Assembly: GCA_039819145.1 (NCBI GenBank) | Contig: JBCBSL010000001.1 | Location: 1-55,901 of the forward strand | Length of the DNA: 55,901 nucleotides | DNA from: Cyanobacteria bacterium J06638_22 | GTDB taxonomy: Bacteria > Cyanobacteriota > Cyanobacteriia > Elainellales > Elainellaceae | Reading direction: 5' to 3' | Shown here: positions 1-9,434 of the stretch, piece after piece | How positions within the stretch are numbered: position 1 is the first letter of the stretch | Layout of the letters: every line of letters begins with the position of its first letter | Program-made: the position numbers and the translations under genes | Notes under the pieces: generated by a model | The model's database searches: none | Seen by the model: only the letters and a program-made list of their open reading frames with translations | What the model was told of the DNA's origin: nothing

Positions 1-95
1 TAGCGGTGTGCAACCGCGTCAAGCACAGAAATGGTTGTGTGTGGGCGCGCCGCGCCCACACACAACCGTACTTAACTCACGCGCACAGCGCTATA
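1..95. mobile_element. MITE-like palindromic repeat, family A (copy 1)
   Basis: TAGCGGTGTGC...GCACAGCGCTA imperfect terminal inverted repeats, internal hairpin GGTTGTGTGTGGGCGCG/CGCGCCCACACACAACC; close second copy at 35538-35629. Confidence 0.7.
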
Positions 96-541
96 GATCG
101 ATAGCTCAACACCCTGCACTGTCAGTGACTTCCCCAGGCTCGGAGATGAGGTTTATATTTTCTTAAACCCGTCTTTCCGTGAATCCATATGCAAAATATG
201 TGAGTAAATCGTGTTTTTCAAGGAAATTACGGATAAAACGAAATAGATGCGTTTCTATTTGCGGATATCCCCCTAAAGCACTGACTGACTCAGAATTCCG
301 TTAAATTGCTGATTCAAATGGGTATCCTTATGTTGAGAATACGGATATCCCTGTTACAGTTCCACATGTCGAGGCTCAAGCAACTGAAGCGTAATTGGCC
401 AATCTCATCTAAGGTTTTGGGCGTTAGAAATTTCAGTGAGCCTTTGGAAGACCCCTCAAGTGTCTGGGGTGTTTTGTCTGGGATGTGCTGCATTTACCAT
501 GTCTGCTCCTTTGCATCCACAAACGCGCCAGGCGGTGAATT

Positions 542-1192
542 ATGATTATCGATCGCATCATTGAAGATGCCCTTAACTTTATTCGACGCTTTCTTTGGTG
601 GAAGAACGACAAGAAAAAGGATGCGCCGAAACCCTTTCAAAATATTCGTTCCCACGCCGGAGACTGGGGTCTGATCAGTCTTGTAACAGGACGCGATACT
701 CCCCGTGCTGTGCGGACTTGGGTCTATTCTCCCAAACGGCAGAGTCACAAAGAAGCACGATCGGCCATCGCTGCTGCTCCTCAGGATCTCCATTTCTATC
801 TTGATTTCCTTGGCCCGTTGCCCACGGTAAAAACGGCTGGGGCTGAGAACGAGCGTGCCAAACTTCAGTCTGAGCGCCGTCGGGGAGCGCTTGTTCCGAC
901 CCATCGGGTTTCCATTCTCAAAGCCAGCCATTTCCTAAATGCCCAAGGATTCTATGACTGCGACGTTATCTTTTGGGGAGACTACGATTTCTACAAACCT
1001 GGCGTCAACATGGATCCGGAGCGGATCGCTTCGATGGTGCTGGACAAGGCGGTTTTCGCTTGCCTCAAAATGGTTGCCCCCCTCGAAATGGAGTCCGAAC
1101 AGTGGCGGCAGCATATTGAGAAAACACGGGATGAGGTTAAAAACGGCTACGTCAACCAGCGCATTGCCAGCCGTGCCAGAAGTAAGGTTTGA
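542..1192 (+). CDS. hypothetical protein (216 aa)
   Basis: Longest ORF in the interval, ATG start, co-oriented with mutM; no family motif recognised. Confidence 0.65.
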   Translation: MIIDRIIEDALNFIRRFLWWKNDKKKDAPKPFQNIRSHAGDWGLISLVTGRDTPRAVRTWVYSPKRQSHKEARSAIAAAPQDLHFYLDFLGPLPTVKTAGAENERAKLQSERRRGALVPTHRVSILKASHFLNAQGFYDCDVIFWGDYDFYKPGVNMDPERIASMVLDKAVFACLKMVAPLEMESEQWRQHIEKTRDEVKNGYVNQRIASRARSKV

Positions 1193-1322
1193 GGATCGCC
1201 CCAAGAAAGTCTGTCAGCAGACCCCCTATCGCCTAGATTGAATGGATAGGGTTTGGATCGTTTGGCTGAGAAACTGGCTCCGAACTCTGTAGAGTCACGT
1301 TTGAATGGGTTGCGGTGGGCTT

Positions 1323-2156
1323 GTGCCGGAATTACCTGAAGTGGAAACGGTGCGTCGAGGGCTGAATGACACGACGCTGAAGCAAATGATCGTGGGGGGT
1401 GAGGTGCTGTTGGAACGAACCGTGGCCTATCCGACACCTTCTGCTTTTTTGGAGGCTTTGCGGGGGCAGGCGATCGCCCACTGGCATCGGCGCGGCAAGT
1501 ATCTCATTGGCGAGCTGGCAGAGGGCGGCGGATGGCTCGGCGTTCACCTGCGGATGACGGGACAACTGTTCTGGACGCGACCCGATGAACCCGTACAAAA
1601 ACATTGCCGGGTGCGATTGTTTATGGAAGACGACCGAGAGCTACGCTTCGTTGATCAGCGCACGTTCGGGCAGATGTGGGCCGTTCCGGCGGGGCTTCCT
1701 CCAGAGCAGATCATCACGGGGTTGCAAAGGTTGGGGCCAGAACCGCTATCGGATGCGTTTACCCCAGAGTATTTGCAAACCCAACTACATCGCCGAGTGC
1801 GTCCCATCAAAAATGCGTTGTTGGATCAATCCATCATTGCAGGCGTTGGTAATATCTACGCCGATGAAGCCCTGTTTCTCAGTGGTATCCGTCCCCAAAA
1901 ACTGTGTTCGCGCCTACGCGGCCAGCAATTCCAACGCATCCACGCGGCTATTCGAGATGTGCTGACCCAGGCGATCGCCTCCCGTGGCACAACTTTCAGC
2001 GATTTCCGAGATGTAGAAGGCATCAACGGCAATTATGGCCAGCAAGCCTGGGTGTATGACCGTGAGGGAGAACCATGTCGCGTTTGTGGTGCACCCATTC
2101 AACGATTGAAGCTGGCCGGGCGATCGGCTCATTTCTGCAAACACTGCCAGAAATAA
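1323..2156 (+). CDS. mutM: formamidopyrimidine-DNA glycosylase (Fpg/MutM)
   Basis: PELPEVE N-terminus (GTG start at 1323), HLRMTG, GVGNIYADE H2TH motif, C-terminal CxxC...CxxCQ zinc finger. Confidence 0.97.
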   Translation: MPELPEVETVRRGLNDTTLKQMIVGGEVLLERTVAYPTPSAFLEALRGQAIAHWHRRGKYLIGELAEGGGWLGVHLRMTGQLFWTRPDEPVQKHCRVRLFMEDDRELRFVDQRTFGQMWAVPAGLPPEQIITGLQRLGPEPLSDAFTPEYLQTQLHRRVRPIKNALLDQSIIAGVGNIYADEALFLSGIRPQKLCSRLRGQQFQRIHAAIRDVLTQAIASRGTTFSDFRDVEGINGNYGQQAWVYDREGEPCRVCGAPIQRLKLAGRSAHFCKHCQK

Positions 2157-2159
2157 TGG

Positions 2160-2248
2160 CAGGGCTTACGCAATTTGATGATGTTTGGGGCGCAGCGGAC
2201 GCAAACGATCGTTGGGTTTTACGGCTATTTAACCGGACTTGATATCAC
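2160..2248. repeat. degenerate composite of MITE-like families B and E
   Basis: CAGGGCTTACGCAATTTGATGATGTTTGGGGCGCA resembles 34151-34236; AACCGGACTTGATAT resembles the end of 34064-34150. Confidence 0.45.
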
Positions 2249-2267
2249 ACCGTTTTAAGGGCAAGTT

Positions 2268-3281
2268 CTAAGAGCAAACTTGGCCATCGGGAAGAGTGGC
2301 TCCGGATAGCGTCGCTCCATTCAAGGTGGCCTGCAGTCGCCCTTCACCTAAATTTGCGTTGCGCAGATTGGCTCCGGTCAAATCGGCACCGCTCAAAAAT
2401 GCTGCCTTGAGGTCGGCACCTTGGAGATTGGCATTCCGCAAGTTTGCCTGAAAGAGATTGGCCCGAGACAGGTTTGTGTGTTGGAGATTGGCTCCACTGA
2501 GGTCGATGTTGTTGAGGGTCGTGTCGCTTAAGTTGGCACGGCTCAGATCCGCTCCACTGAGATTACGACCCGACAGATCCTTCTCGCGCAAATCTTGCCC
2601 ACTCAAGTCAGCCCCCGACAGATCCGTAGACCGTTGCTGAGTCTGGCGGCTGGTGGTCGTGTGCTGGGTCGAGCGGCTGGAACCCGCATAGCGATAGCGC
2701 GAATGGCTCTGTTGATAGCGATCGCTATGCGTATGGCTCCCCTGATTGCTACTGCCATCGCTTTGATGGGTATAGGTTCCATTCGAGGCGTTGCGCTTGG
2801 CATTCTGGCTATGGGTAGAGCTGTTATTTGAGGGGGTGTGGTGGGTATGAGCTGAGCCAGAGGCGGCAGATTGGGAGCCCGATGAGCTGCCGGGTTGCTG
2901 AGCCTGAGAATAGCTTTGGTAGTAGTAGTGGGGGCGTGGAGGTGGACGGTAATAGGCGCGAGAGGAGTAAGATCGGTTCGAGTTCGACCGTCCCCCATTC
3001 GCAGAGGCATTTGATGACGTTTGGGTCGTTGTCGAACGGGAGGTGCTTGTGGTGTTGGAACTCCCTTGTTTACGGTTGCGGTGGGAAGATCGCAGCTGAT
3101 CCCGTGCTTGATTCAATTGCTTCAGCTTTTCCTGAGCCTTTTCCCGCAGACGCTCGTTGTCTTGGGGCAGGCGATCGGGATGCCAAATAAACACCAGATC
3201 CTTGTAAGCCTGGTTCACCTCTTCCAGGGTGGCACCAGGCTCTAAATCCAAAATTTGGTAGTATCGCTCAAGCTCGTTCAT
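2268..3281 (-). CDS. DnaJ-domain protein with low-complexity linker and C-terminal pentapeptide repeats
   Basis: YYQILDL...WHPDR J-domain (HPD motif); S/T/H/Q/N/Y-rich linker; A(D/N)LxG pentapeptide repeats. Confidence 0.9.
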   Translation of the reverse strand: MNELERYYQILDLEPGATLEEVNQAYKDLVFIWHPDRLPQDNERLREKAQEKLKQLNQARDQLRSSHRNRKQGSSNTTSTSRSTTTQTSSNASANGGRSNSNRSYSSRAYYRPPPRPHYYYQSYSQAQQPGSSSGSQSAASGSAHTHHTPSNNSSTHSQNAKRNASNGTYTHQSDGSSNQGSHTHSDRYQQSHSRYRYAGSSRSTQHTTTSRQTQQRSTDLSGADLSGQDLREKDLSGRNLSGADLSRANLSDTTLNNIDLSGANLQHTNLSRANLFQANLRNANLQGADLKAAFLSGADLTGANLRNANLGEGRLQATLNGATLSGATLPDGQVCS

Positions 3282-3651
3282 TCAGATGGCGATCGCCCTT
3301 TCATGTTGGTCGTTAGACGGGTGGTCGTTAGCAAAACTGGGTCGCTTGTAGAGTTGAGTAAGATTAGATGAGAGCGCTAGTGGCGTTTCGAGTTCTGATG
3401 TCGAGAACTGTGATGATATTATGGCCGATTTTCCGTCAGATCTCTATTTCTTGCCCTAAGTGTATCGAAAGTCTAAACAATTCCACGCATGCGCACGGGA
3501 TGGCAAGAGCGTGCCCGCAAGTTCCCTCTGGAACTCACGTCCTGCTATCGCGATCGCATCCTGGAAAACGGCGTCCTCATCCTGAATCTAAGGGGAGTTC
3601 GTTGGTTATTTCAGCTCCCTTATTCTGCCGCTCTCCATCCCGACACCCTCT

Positions 3652-4800
3652 ATGACACCCGCCGCGACGAGCAGCGAAATTGCAAACCGTGCCAGCTTTG
3701 AAATGATTCGCTATGCCCAGTGCTGGGAGGATGCAGATATTTTGCTGGAAGCACTGGATATTCAGCCAGGGGATACGTGCTTGGCGATCGCCTCTGCTGG
3801 TGATAATGCCCTCGCGATGCTGAGCAAAGCCCCAGCGCGCGTCGTGGCCTTGGATCTCAGCCCGGCCCAGCTTGCCTGTTTGGAATTGCGGGTCGCGGCT
3901 TATCGAGAACTGGAGCATGGTGAACTACTGGCGCTCATGGGTTCAGCCCCCTGCAATGATCGGGATGCCCTCTATCGCCGTTGTCGTTCGCTCCTTTCCC
4001 CCGCTGTCCGCGATTTTTGGGATGCTCAACCCGAAGCGATCGCTCAGGGCATTGGCAATGCTGGCAAGTTTGAGCGCTACTTTCACCTATTCCGCCGTTA
4101 TGCGCTGCCACTTGTCCATTCTCGCCGTACAGTCCAGCAGTTGCTAGAGGGTGGTTCCCTAGAAGAGCGCCGAGTTTTTTACCAAAAGCGATGGAATACC
4201 TGGCGTTGGCGACTGATGTTTCAAATCTTTTTCTCGCGTACCGTCATGGGACGAATGGGGCGAGATCCCGCCTTTTTTGACTACGTGGAAGGAACCGTGA
4301 GCGATCGCATCCTCCAGCGCACCTGCTACGCCCTCAGCGAACTGAATCCCACCGAAAATCCTTACCTCCAGTGGATCCTTACGGGGCGACATACCACCGC
4401 CCTCCCCTATGCCCTACGCCCAGAAAATTTCGAGGCGATTCGCACCCATCTGGATCGTCTGGAATGGCACTGCATGGCTGTGGAAGACTGGCTCAATGCA
4501 ACGCCCGACCATCGTGTCCACCGCTTCAACTTGAGCGATATTTTTGAATACCTCTCACCTGAGAATTACCAGGCGCTGCTGACACGTTTGGTTCAATCGG
4601 CAGCGCCTGGCGGGCGTCTAGTCTATTGGAACATGCTGGCTCCGCGATCGCGCCCCGAAACCATGGCACACCAACTCGCCCCACTCACCGATCTGGCCGA
4701 TCGCCTGTTTTTGCAAGATAAAGCCTTTTTCTACAGTGCCTTCGTCGTCGAGGAAGTGTTGCCTTCCGTTACGCCGCTTTCCGCTGAGCCAGCTGAATGA
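3652..4800 (+). CDS. DUF3419 / BtaA-like SAM:diacylglycerol 3-amino-3-carboxypropyltransferase family protein
   Basis: IRYAQCWED, IASAGDNAL, VVALDLSPAQL, LSDIFEY motifs typical of the DUF3419/BtaA family. Confidence 0.8.
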   Translation: MTPAATSSEIANRASFEMIRYAQCWEDADILLEALDIQPGDTCLAIASAGDNALAMLSKAPARVVALDLSPAQLACLELRVAAYRELEHGELLALMGSAPCNDRDALYRRCRSLLSPAVRDFWDAQPEAIAQGIGNAGKFERYFHLFRRYALPLVHSRRTVQQLLEGGSLEERRVFYQKRWNTWRWRLMFQIFFSRTVMGRMGRDPAFFDYVEGTVSDRILQRTCYALSELNPTENPYLQWILTGRHTTALPYALRPENFEAIRTHLDRLEWHCMAVEDWLNATPDHRVHRFNLSDIFEYLSPENYQALLTRLVQSAAPGGRLVYWNMLAPRSRPETMAHQLAPLTDLADRLFLQDKAFFYSAFVVEEVLPSVTPLSAEPAE

Positions 4801-4843
4801 CATAGCCTGGACACATCGAGATTCACGCATTGAGATTTGGGAT

Positions 4844-4892
4844 TAATCATTTCTTGAAGTCCTTGCACTGCAAGGACTTCAAGAAATGATTA
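4844..4892. repeat. perfect 24-bp-arm palindrome in a family-D-like MITE remnant
   Basis: TAATCATTTCTTGAAGTCCTTGCA-C-TGCAAGGACTTCAAGAAATGATTA; preceded by CGCATTGAGATT as in family D. Confidence 0.7.
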
Positions 4893-4911
4893 GTAGACTC
4901 TGAAGACGGTT

Positions 4912-5001
4912 TAGCCTTGCGCATGGGGATTAGGAAAAATCATTTTTTGAAAGCCGCGCGTCGCGCGGCGATTTGGTTCTACCTGAGCGCGTAGCGCTAT
5001 A
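4912..5001. mobile_element. MITE-like element, family D (internally deleted copy)
   Basis: TAGCCTTGCGCAT...CCTGAGCGCGTAGCGCTATA; matches 15559-15661 (inverted) and 34240-34342, lacking one hairpin arm. Confidence 0.75.
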
Positions 5002-5255
5002 GCACTGTGTCAGACATCCCAAGGTTCAATGGGAGGCACCTTGGTTTCAAAAAGCGTAACTCTGCCGATGGGCGTGGGCGATCGCCCTATCGTGAAGACA
5101 GTCACTCCTCATGCACCGCAGCCCCACACGGGCTGCATTTTTTTTGCTTGATTTATCCATGGATTGGGTTCCCCTTTTTTGATACTAGGAGCCCGCCCAA
5201 CGGGTCGGGAGTTTGGTAGGCTGAAGGGGATGTTGGCGCTACTCAGATGAACCGC

Positions 5256-6464
5256 ATGGATACCAAGGCTTTTAAGCGATCGCTCAATCATTCTGAAAAC
5301 TATCACCGTAAGGGGTTTGGGCATGGTGCCGAAGTATCGGGCATGATGCAGACCGAATACCAAAGCTCCTTAATTCAGGAGATTCGAGCGAATGGATACC
5401 GACTAACGCGGGGCGATGTCACCATTCGATTGGCCGAAGCCTTTGGCTTTTGCTGGGGCGTTGAGCGGGCAGTGGCGATGGCTTACGAAACACGCCAGCA
5501 CTTCCCCACTGAACGCATCTGGATTACCAATGAGATCATCCATAATCCCTCGGTCAATCAGCGTTTGCGAGAAATGGATGTGGCATTCATTAATGTTGAC
5601 AATGGGGTAAAAGACTTTTCCGGTGTTGGCAAAGGGGATGTGGTGATTCTCCCGGCATTTGGAGCGAGCGTGCAGGAAATGCAATTGCTCAACGATCGAG
5701 GCTGCACCATCGTCGATACAACCTGCCCCTGGGTCTCGAAGGTTTGGAATACCGTAGAAAAGCACAAACGCAGCAGCTACACCTCGATCATCCATGGCAA
5801 ATACAAGCATGAGGAGACCATTGCCACCAGCTCCTTTGCAGGGACCTACCTGATTGTGCTGAATATGGAAGAAGCTGAGTATGTAGCCGAGTACATTTTG
5901 GATGGGGGCGATCGCGACGCCTTCCTCGCCAAGTTCAAAAATGCTCATTCCGAAGGCTTTGACCCCGATCGTGATCTCGAACGGATCGGCGTTGCCAATC
6001 AGACCACAATGCTCAAAAGCGAAACAGAGCAAATCGGTAAGCTGTTCGAGCGCATATTGATGAAAAAATATGGTCCAGCTGAACTCAACAAACACTTCCT
6101 TGCCTTCAACACCATTTGTGATGCCACCCAGGAACGGCAAGATGCCATGTTAGAGCTGGTGGAAGAAACGCTCGATCTCATGGTGGTGATTGGTGGCTAC
6201 AACTCGTCGAACACCACCCACTTGCAAGAAATTGCTATCGAGCGCGACATTCCTTCGTATCACATCGATAGTGGCGATCGCATTGGCCCCGGCAATTGCA
6301 TCGAGCACAAACCGCTGGAGCAAAACCTGACAATGACCGAAAACTGGTTACCCGATGGGCATCTGACGGTTGGCGTCACGTCTGGTGCCTCGACTCCCGA
6401 CAAGATTGTCGAGCAGGTGATTGAAAAGATCTTGGCATTGAAAAGTGTAGCGGCTGTAGCATAG
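5256..6464 (+). CDS. ispH: 4-hydroxy-3-methylbut-2-enyl diphosphate reductase (IspH/LytB)
   Basis: [41 protein letters not shown] motifs; cyanobacterial MDTKAFKR start at 5256 (alternative ATG 5247). Confidence 0.97.
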   Translation: MDTKAFKRSLNHSENYHRKGFGHGAEVSGMMQTEYQSSLIQEIRANGYRLTRGDVTIRLAEAFGFCWGVERAVAMAYETRQHFPTERIWITNEIIHNPSVNQRLREMDVAFINVDNGVKDFSGVGKGDVVILPAFGASVQEMQLLNDRGCTIVDTTCPWVSKVWNTVEKHKRSSYTSIIHGKYKHEETIATSSFAGTYLIVLNMEEAEYVAEYILDGGDRDAFLAKFKNAHSEGFDPDRDLERIGVANQTTMLKSETEQIGKLFERILMKKYGPAELNKHFLAFNTICDATQERQDAMLELVEETLDLMVVIGGYNSSNTTHLQEIAIERDIPSYHIDSGDRIGPGNCIEHKPLEQNLTMTENWLPDGHLTVGVTSGASTPDKIVEQVIEKILALKSVAAVA

Positions 6465-6586
6465 GTATTGCTTGGCCACAGGCCGTTCTATCATGCCCTT
6501 TCTCGTTTGAGCTGTTGCCTTTTCGTGCCCATTACGTCTGGAAAACGAAGCTCTGGAATGATGATGCGAGAGAAAGATGGATTATT

Positions 6587-7105
6587 TCAATTGCATGCAT
6601 CTCCGCTCTCCGCACGGATCGTTCCAAGTAAACTTTGGACAATGGCGCAGCGACGCCCCCGACCATTGAACGTAACTTCAACGGTGAGAGGGAGGGCAAC
6701 CGTGTCAGGCTCAATGGCTCCATTTTCATCAAATTCAATCTGCTGAACAGGGTTTGCATTTCCATCACCGTCACGAACAGTGACCGTTAGTGTTTCCCCC
6801 GGAACATTGCCATTGGCAACAGGTTTCAACCCCGATCCAGGGATATCCAACGTCGGTAGTGGATTGGCCGTTGTATCGATTTCCAAAATTTGAGACGTCC
6901 GACGGCTGGTCGCCTCACTCTGGGTTTGGCGAATGGCCTGAATAATGTCATCGCGGACTGTACTGGAACGACGATTGTTCAGAAGGCCAAGTAGGTTTGG
7001 CGCAGCGATCGCCGCCAAAACCGTAGCAATAACAATAACAACTAAAGCCTCGGGGAGCGTAAAGCCTGCCGTCGTGCTAGAACGAGTGGGATGAAGTCTG
7101 AGCAT
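6587..7105 (-). CDS. type IV pilin-like minor (pseudo)pilin, HpsD-like by position
   Basis: Prepilin cleavage motif G|FTLPEALVV with E5 and hydrophobic helix; C-terminal Cys pair; last gene of the hpsA cassette (alternative TTG start 7114). Confidence 0.8.
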   Translation of the reverse strand: MLRLHPTRSSTTAGFTLPEALVVIVIATVLAAIAAPNLLGLLNNRRSSTVRDDIIQAIRQTQSEATSRRTSQILEIDTTANPLPTLDIPGSGLKPVANGNVPGETLTVTVRDGDGNANPVQQIEFDENGAIEPDTVALPLTVEVTFNGRGRRCAIVQSLLGTIRAESGDACN

Positions 7106-7202
7106 AGGAATCAACCTTCTGGGTGGTGGAGTCTCTATTGAGGGGAAGTTGAGTCGAGTACTGGGGCGTTGGGAGTAGGTCTCTAGCTGCTGTCAGGTGA
7201 GA

Positions 7203-8213
7203 TTAGTCTGCGTCGAACACACCCCTTGCCATGACCCGTGTTTGCAGGACAGTTAGAGCCCCATCTTGGGGCGCCAAGGCGCCAGCAACTCGTCCCGCAA
7301 TATTGCCCTGTACGTAAATCACAGCTTCCTGGTGTCGTCCTTCCGTAGCAGGTGATATGCAAGCGTAAAAGCTCCGCAAAGTATTGTCGATATTCCCTGC
7401 AGCGGCAAGCGCATCGGGATGAGGAGAAATGCTGTAGCCATCTGGGCAACTGGGAGTGCCAGTTGCAGTTCCATCGACAAAATCAACCAGTGCAGGGGCA
7501 TTTGCATTCGGACCACCAACAGCAAGACCTGCCGTATAAGGCCACTCAACGAAGTTGTTATTGTTCCCAGTTGGATTGATATATCCTGGGGTGCGAGCGG
7601 TTCCAGCCGCATTAAACTCTGTCAGAATGTATCGTTTGATACGAGCTCCGCCCCGCCAAATGTCACCCGGATTATCGGTACTGAGTGCATAAACCACGAG
7701 TGCATAAGAGCTGCCGACAGTGCAAGGTACAGCAACTCCATCAATTTGCAATAGTGGATTCCCGCTACATTGGTTCTTTATTGGTTCTGGGAGTGGATGC
7801 TGTTTCCAGAACGCGAGCACAGGAATATCGCTTGCACTGATAATCGTGTTTGGAAGAATGCCTGTACCTGGATTTCCGATGGCTAGACTTCCTGTATCAT
7901 CACAGCGTAGTTCTTCATTCGGTGCAGGTTCATTGCGAGCCATCAGACAATGCCCTGTATAGATATAGCTGGCTTCACGTACTTCTTCAGCCATATAATC
8001 CAGTGCTAACTGCATTTCGCGGTTGGTTTCTAGCCGTACCGACTCGTTTCGATCCGTCAGCAGCAACTCGTTGATCAACGCCAGCAGCGCCAGCATAATC
8101 AAACTGCCAACAACCGTCACGATTAGCAGCTCAATTAGGGTAAAACCCGAATTTCGATAACGTGGGGTTGTGCGAAACCGTTGCAACCAAAAGCGTAAAA
8201 GAGGTCGTTTCAT
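7203..8213 (-). CDS. type IV pilin-like pseudopilin, HpsC-like
   Basis: G|FTLIELLI prepilin motif; EMQLALDYMAEEVREASYIY and PVLAFWK motifs; third gene of the hpsA cassette. Confidence 0.8.
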   Translation of the reverse strand: MKRPLLRFWLQRFRTTPRYRNSGFTLIELLIVTVVGSLIMLALLALINELLLTDRNESVRLETNREMQLALDYMAEEVREASYIYTGHCLMARNEPAPNEELRCDDTGSLAIGNPGTGILPNTIISASDIPVLAFWKQHPLPEPIKNQCSGNPLLQIDGVAVPCTVGSSYALVVYALSTDNPGDIWRGGARIKRYILTEFNAAGTARTPGYINPTGNNNNFVEWPYTAGLAVGGPNANAPALVDFVDGTATGTPSCPDGYSISPHPDALAAAGNIDNTLRSFYACISPATEGRHQEAVIYVQGNIAGRVAGALAPQDGALTVLQTRVMARGVFDAD

Positions 8214-8327
8214 GGATGAAACCGAATGGATGAACTACAGCGGCAATGATGATGGAAACAAATTTAACCAAGGCAAAGGAAAGGCAAGCGAACGAATTTA
8301 AGGATTTGAGAGGGATTGCTCGAACGT

Positions 8328-9296
8328 TTACGGAAGGAGATCGACAGCATTCCGACAACGGTTCCTATCCGCATTGGGCAAGTTCTCTCCTTTTTCTTGA
8401 GCCGTATGATATAGAACAGCACAGGATGCATCCGTGCTGCCGCTATCGACAATCAAGGTGTTCATGATTGCCAGTGGGTATTCCCCTTGATTCCCTTCAC
8501 CCCTTGTTAGTTGCAATGATGCCGGAACAACAGGGGTGATTAAGCGACCCCAATCTCTCGCTGCGACAGCGGAGTAAACCCGCACAACAGCCCGATAGAC
8601 TGATGGTCGCCGTTGATTTGGGGTCGCGACCCGCCCGACTTCAAAGTCAGAGTAGGTTCCAAAGTCTCGGAAAATTTGCATATAAAAGTCATTACTGTCA
8701 TTCGCTGCACAGTTGCCATCAACATCAATGCGTAAGGCTCGGTTAATCGGTGGGACATCGACTGCCGCAGCAAGATTACTAGGGTTAAATGGATCGTAAT
8801 TGTCGCAAGCCCCTGAGGATTGGACATTACCAACCCATTCGCCCGTAGGAGGAGCTACATCAGCAATAACCGTGCCGCCGCCGCCGCCCATATTGAAGTA
8901 GGCTCCTCTCGCTGTAACCGTGTTTGGCAATCGACGAGATTGATTATCGCCATTGGCGGTCATGGTTTGCAGTCGATTAATTTCCTCTTGCGCCAGTTGA
9001 AAGGCTTGTTCGGCGCGGCGGTTTTGTACCCGGGTGCCAGTGGCCAGGAAAAGGGGCGGCAAGATCAGCCCGGCAGTAATACCGACAACGGCGATCGCAA
9101 TCAAGCATTCCAACAACGTAATCCCTGCATTTGCCGAAGCCTTCTTTCCTCTCGCCTGGAATAGATGGCGTAGCAATAGCTGCCGCTGCCAGCCTTTTTT
9201 CTGTGAACTCTCCATGATTCCACTTTGATCTTTCATTGGATTTACCGCTTGGGTTGATCTGCGCTCCACGTCTAACAAACTACCGATGCTCAACAT
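8328..9296 (-). CDS. type IV pilin-like pseudopilin, HpsB-like
   Basis: G|ITLLECLIAI prepilin motif, ATGTRVQNRRAEQAFQLAQEEI, VVRVY; true start may be the ATG at 9236. Confidence 0.8.
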   Translation of the reverse strand: MLSIGSLLDVERRSTQAVNPMKDQSGIMESSQKKGWQRQLLLRHLFQARGKKASANAGITLLECLIAIAVVGITAGLILPPLFLATGTRVQNRRAEQAFQLAQEEINRLQTMTANGDNQSRRLPNTVTARGAYFNMGGGGGTVIADVAPPTGEWVGNVQSSGACDNYDPFNPSNLAAAVDVPPINRALRIDVDGNCAANDSNDFYMQIFRDFGTYSDFEVGRVATPNQRRPSVYRAVVRVYSAVAARDWGRLITPVVPASLQLTRGEGNQGEYPLAIMNTLIVDSGSTDASCAVLYHTAQEKGENLPNADRNRCRNAVDLLP

Positions 9297-9434
9297 TGCA
9301 TTCCGCTACATGAACCATTACAAGCGTTCCCGAACCACAATCCATAGCCAGCAAACGCAACGTTGAACTGCCCTAGAAGAAGATGGGGTTCTGGAGCTTG
9401 GACGAGCCAGAAAATCCAGAACCAAACGCTGGTT

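Noticed and set aside
3489-3701. 70-aa ORF overlapping the start of the DUF3419 gene
   Set aside because: No recognisable motif and a 50-bp out-of-frame overlap; cannot be supported as a gene or pseudogene
5403-6140. Long antisense ORFs (245 aa opposite ispH; similar ones opposite htpG, ychF, hemE and the PKS)
   Set aside because: Shadow frames of well-supported genes caused by codon bias; no independent motifs
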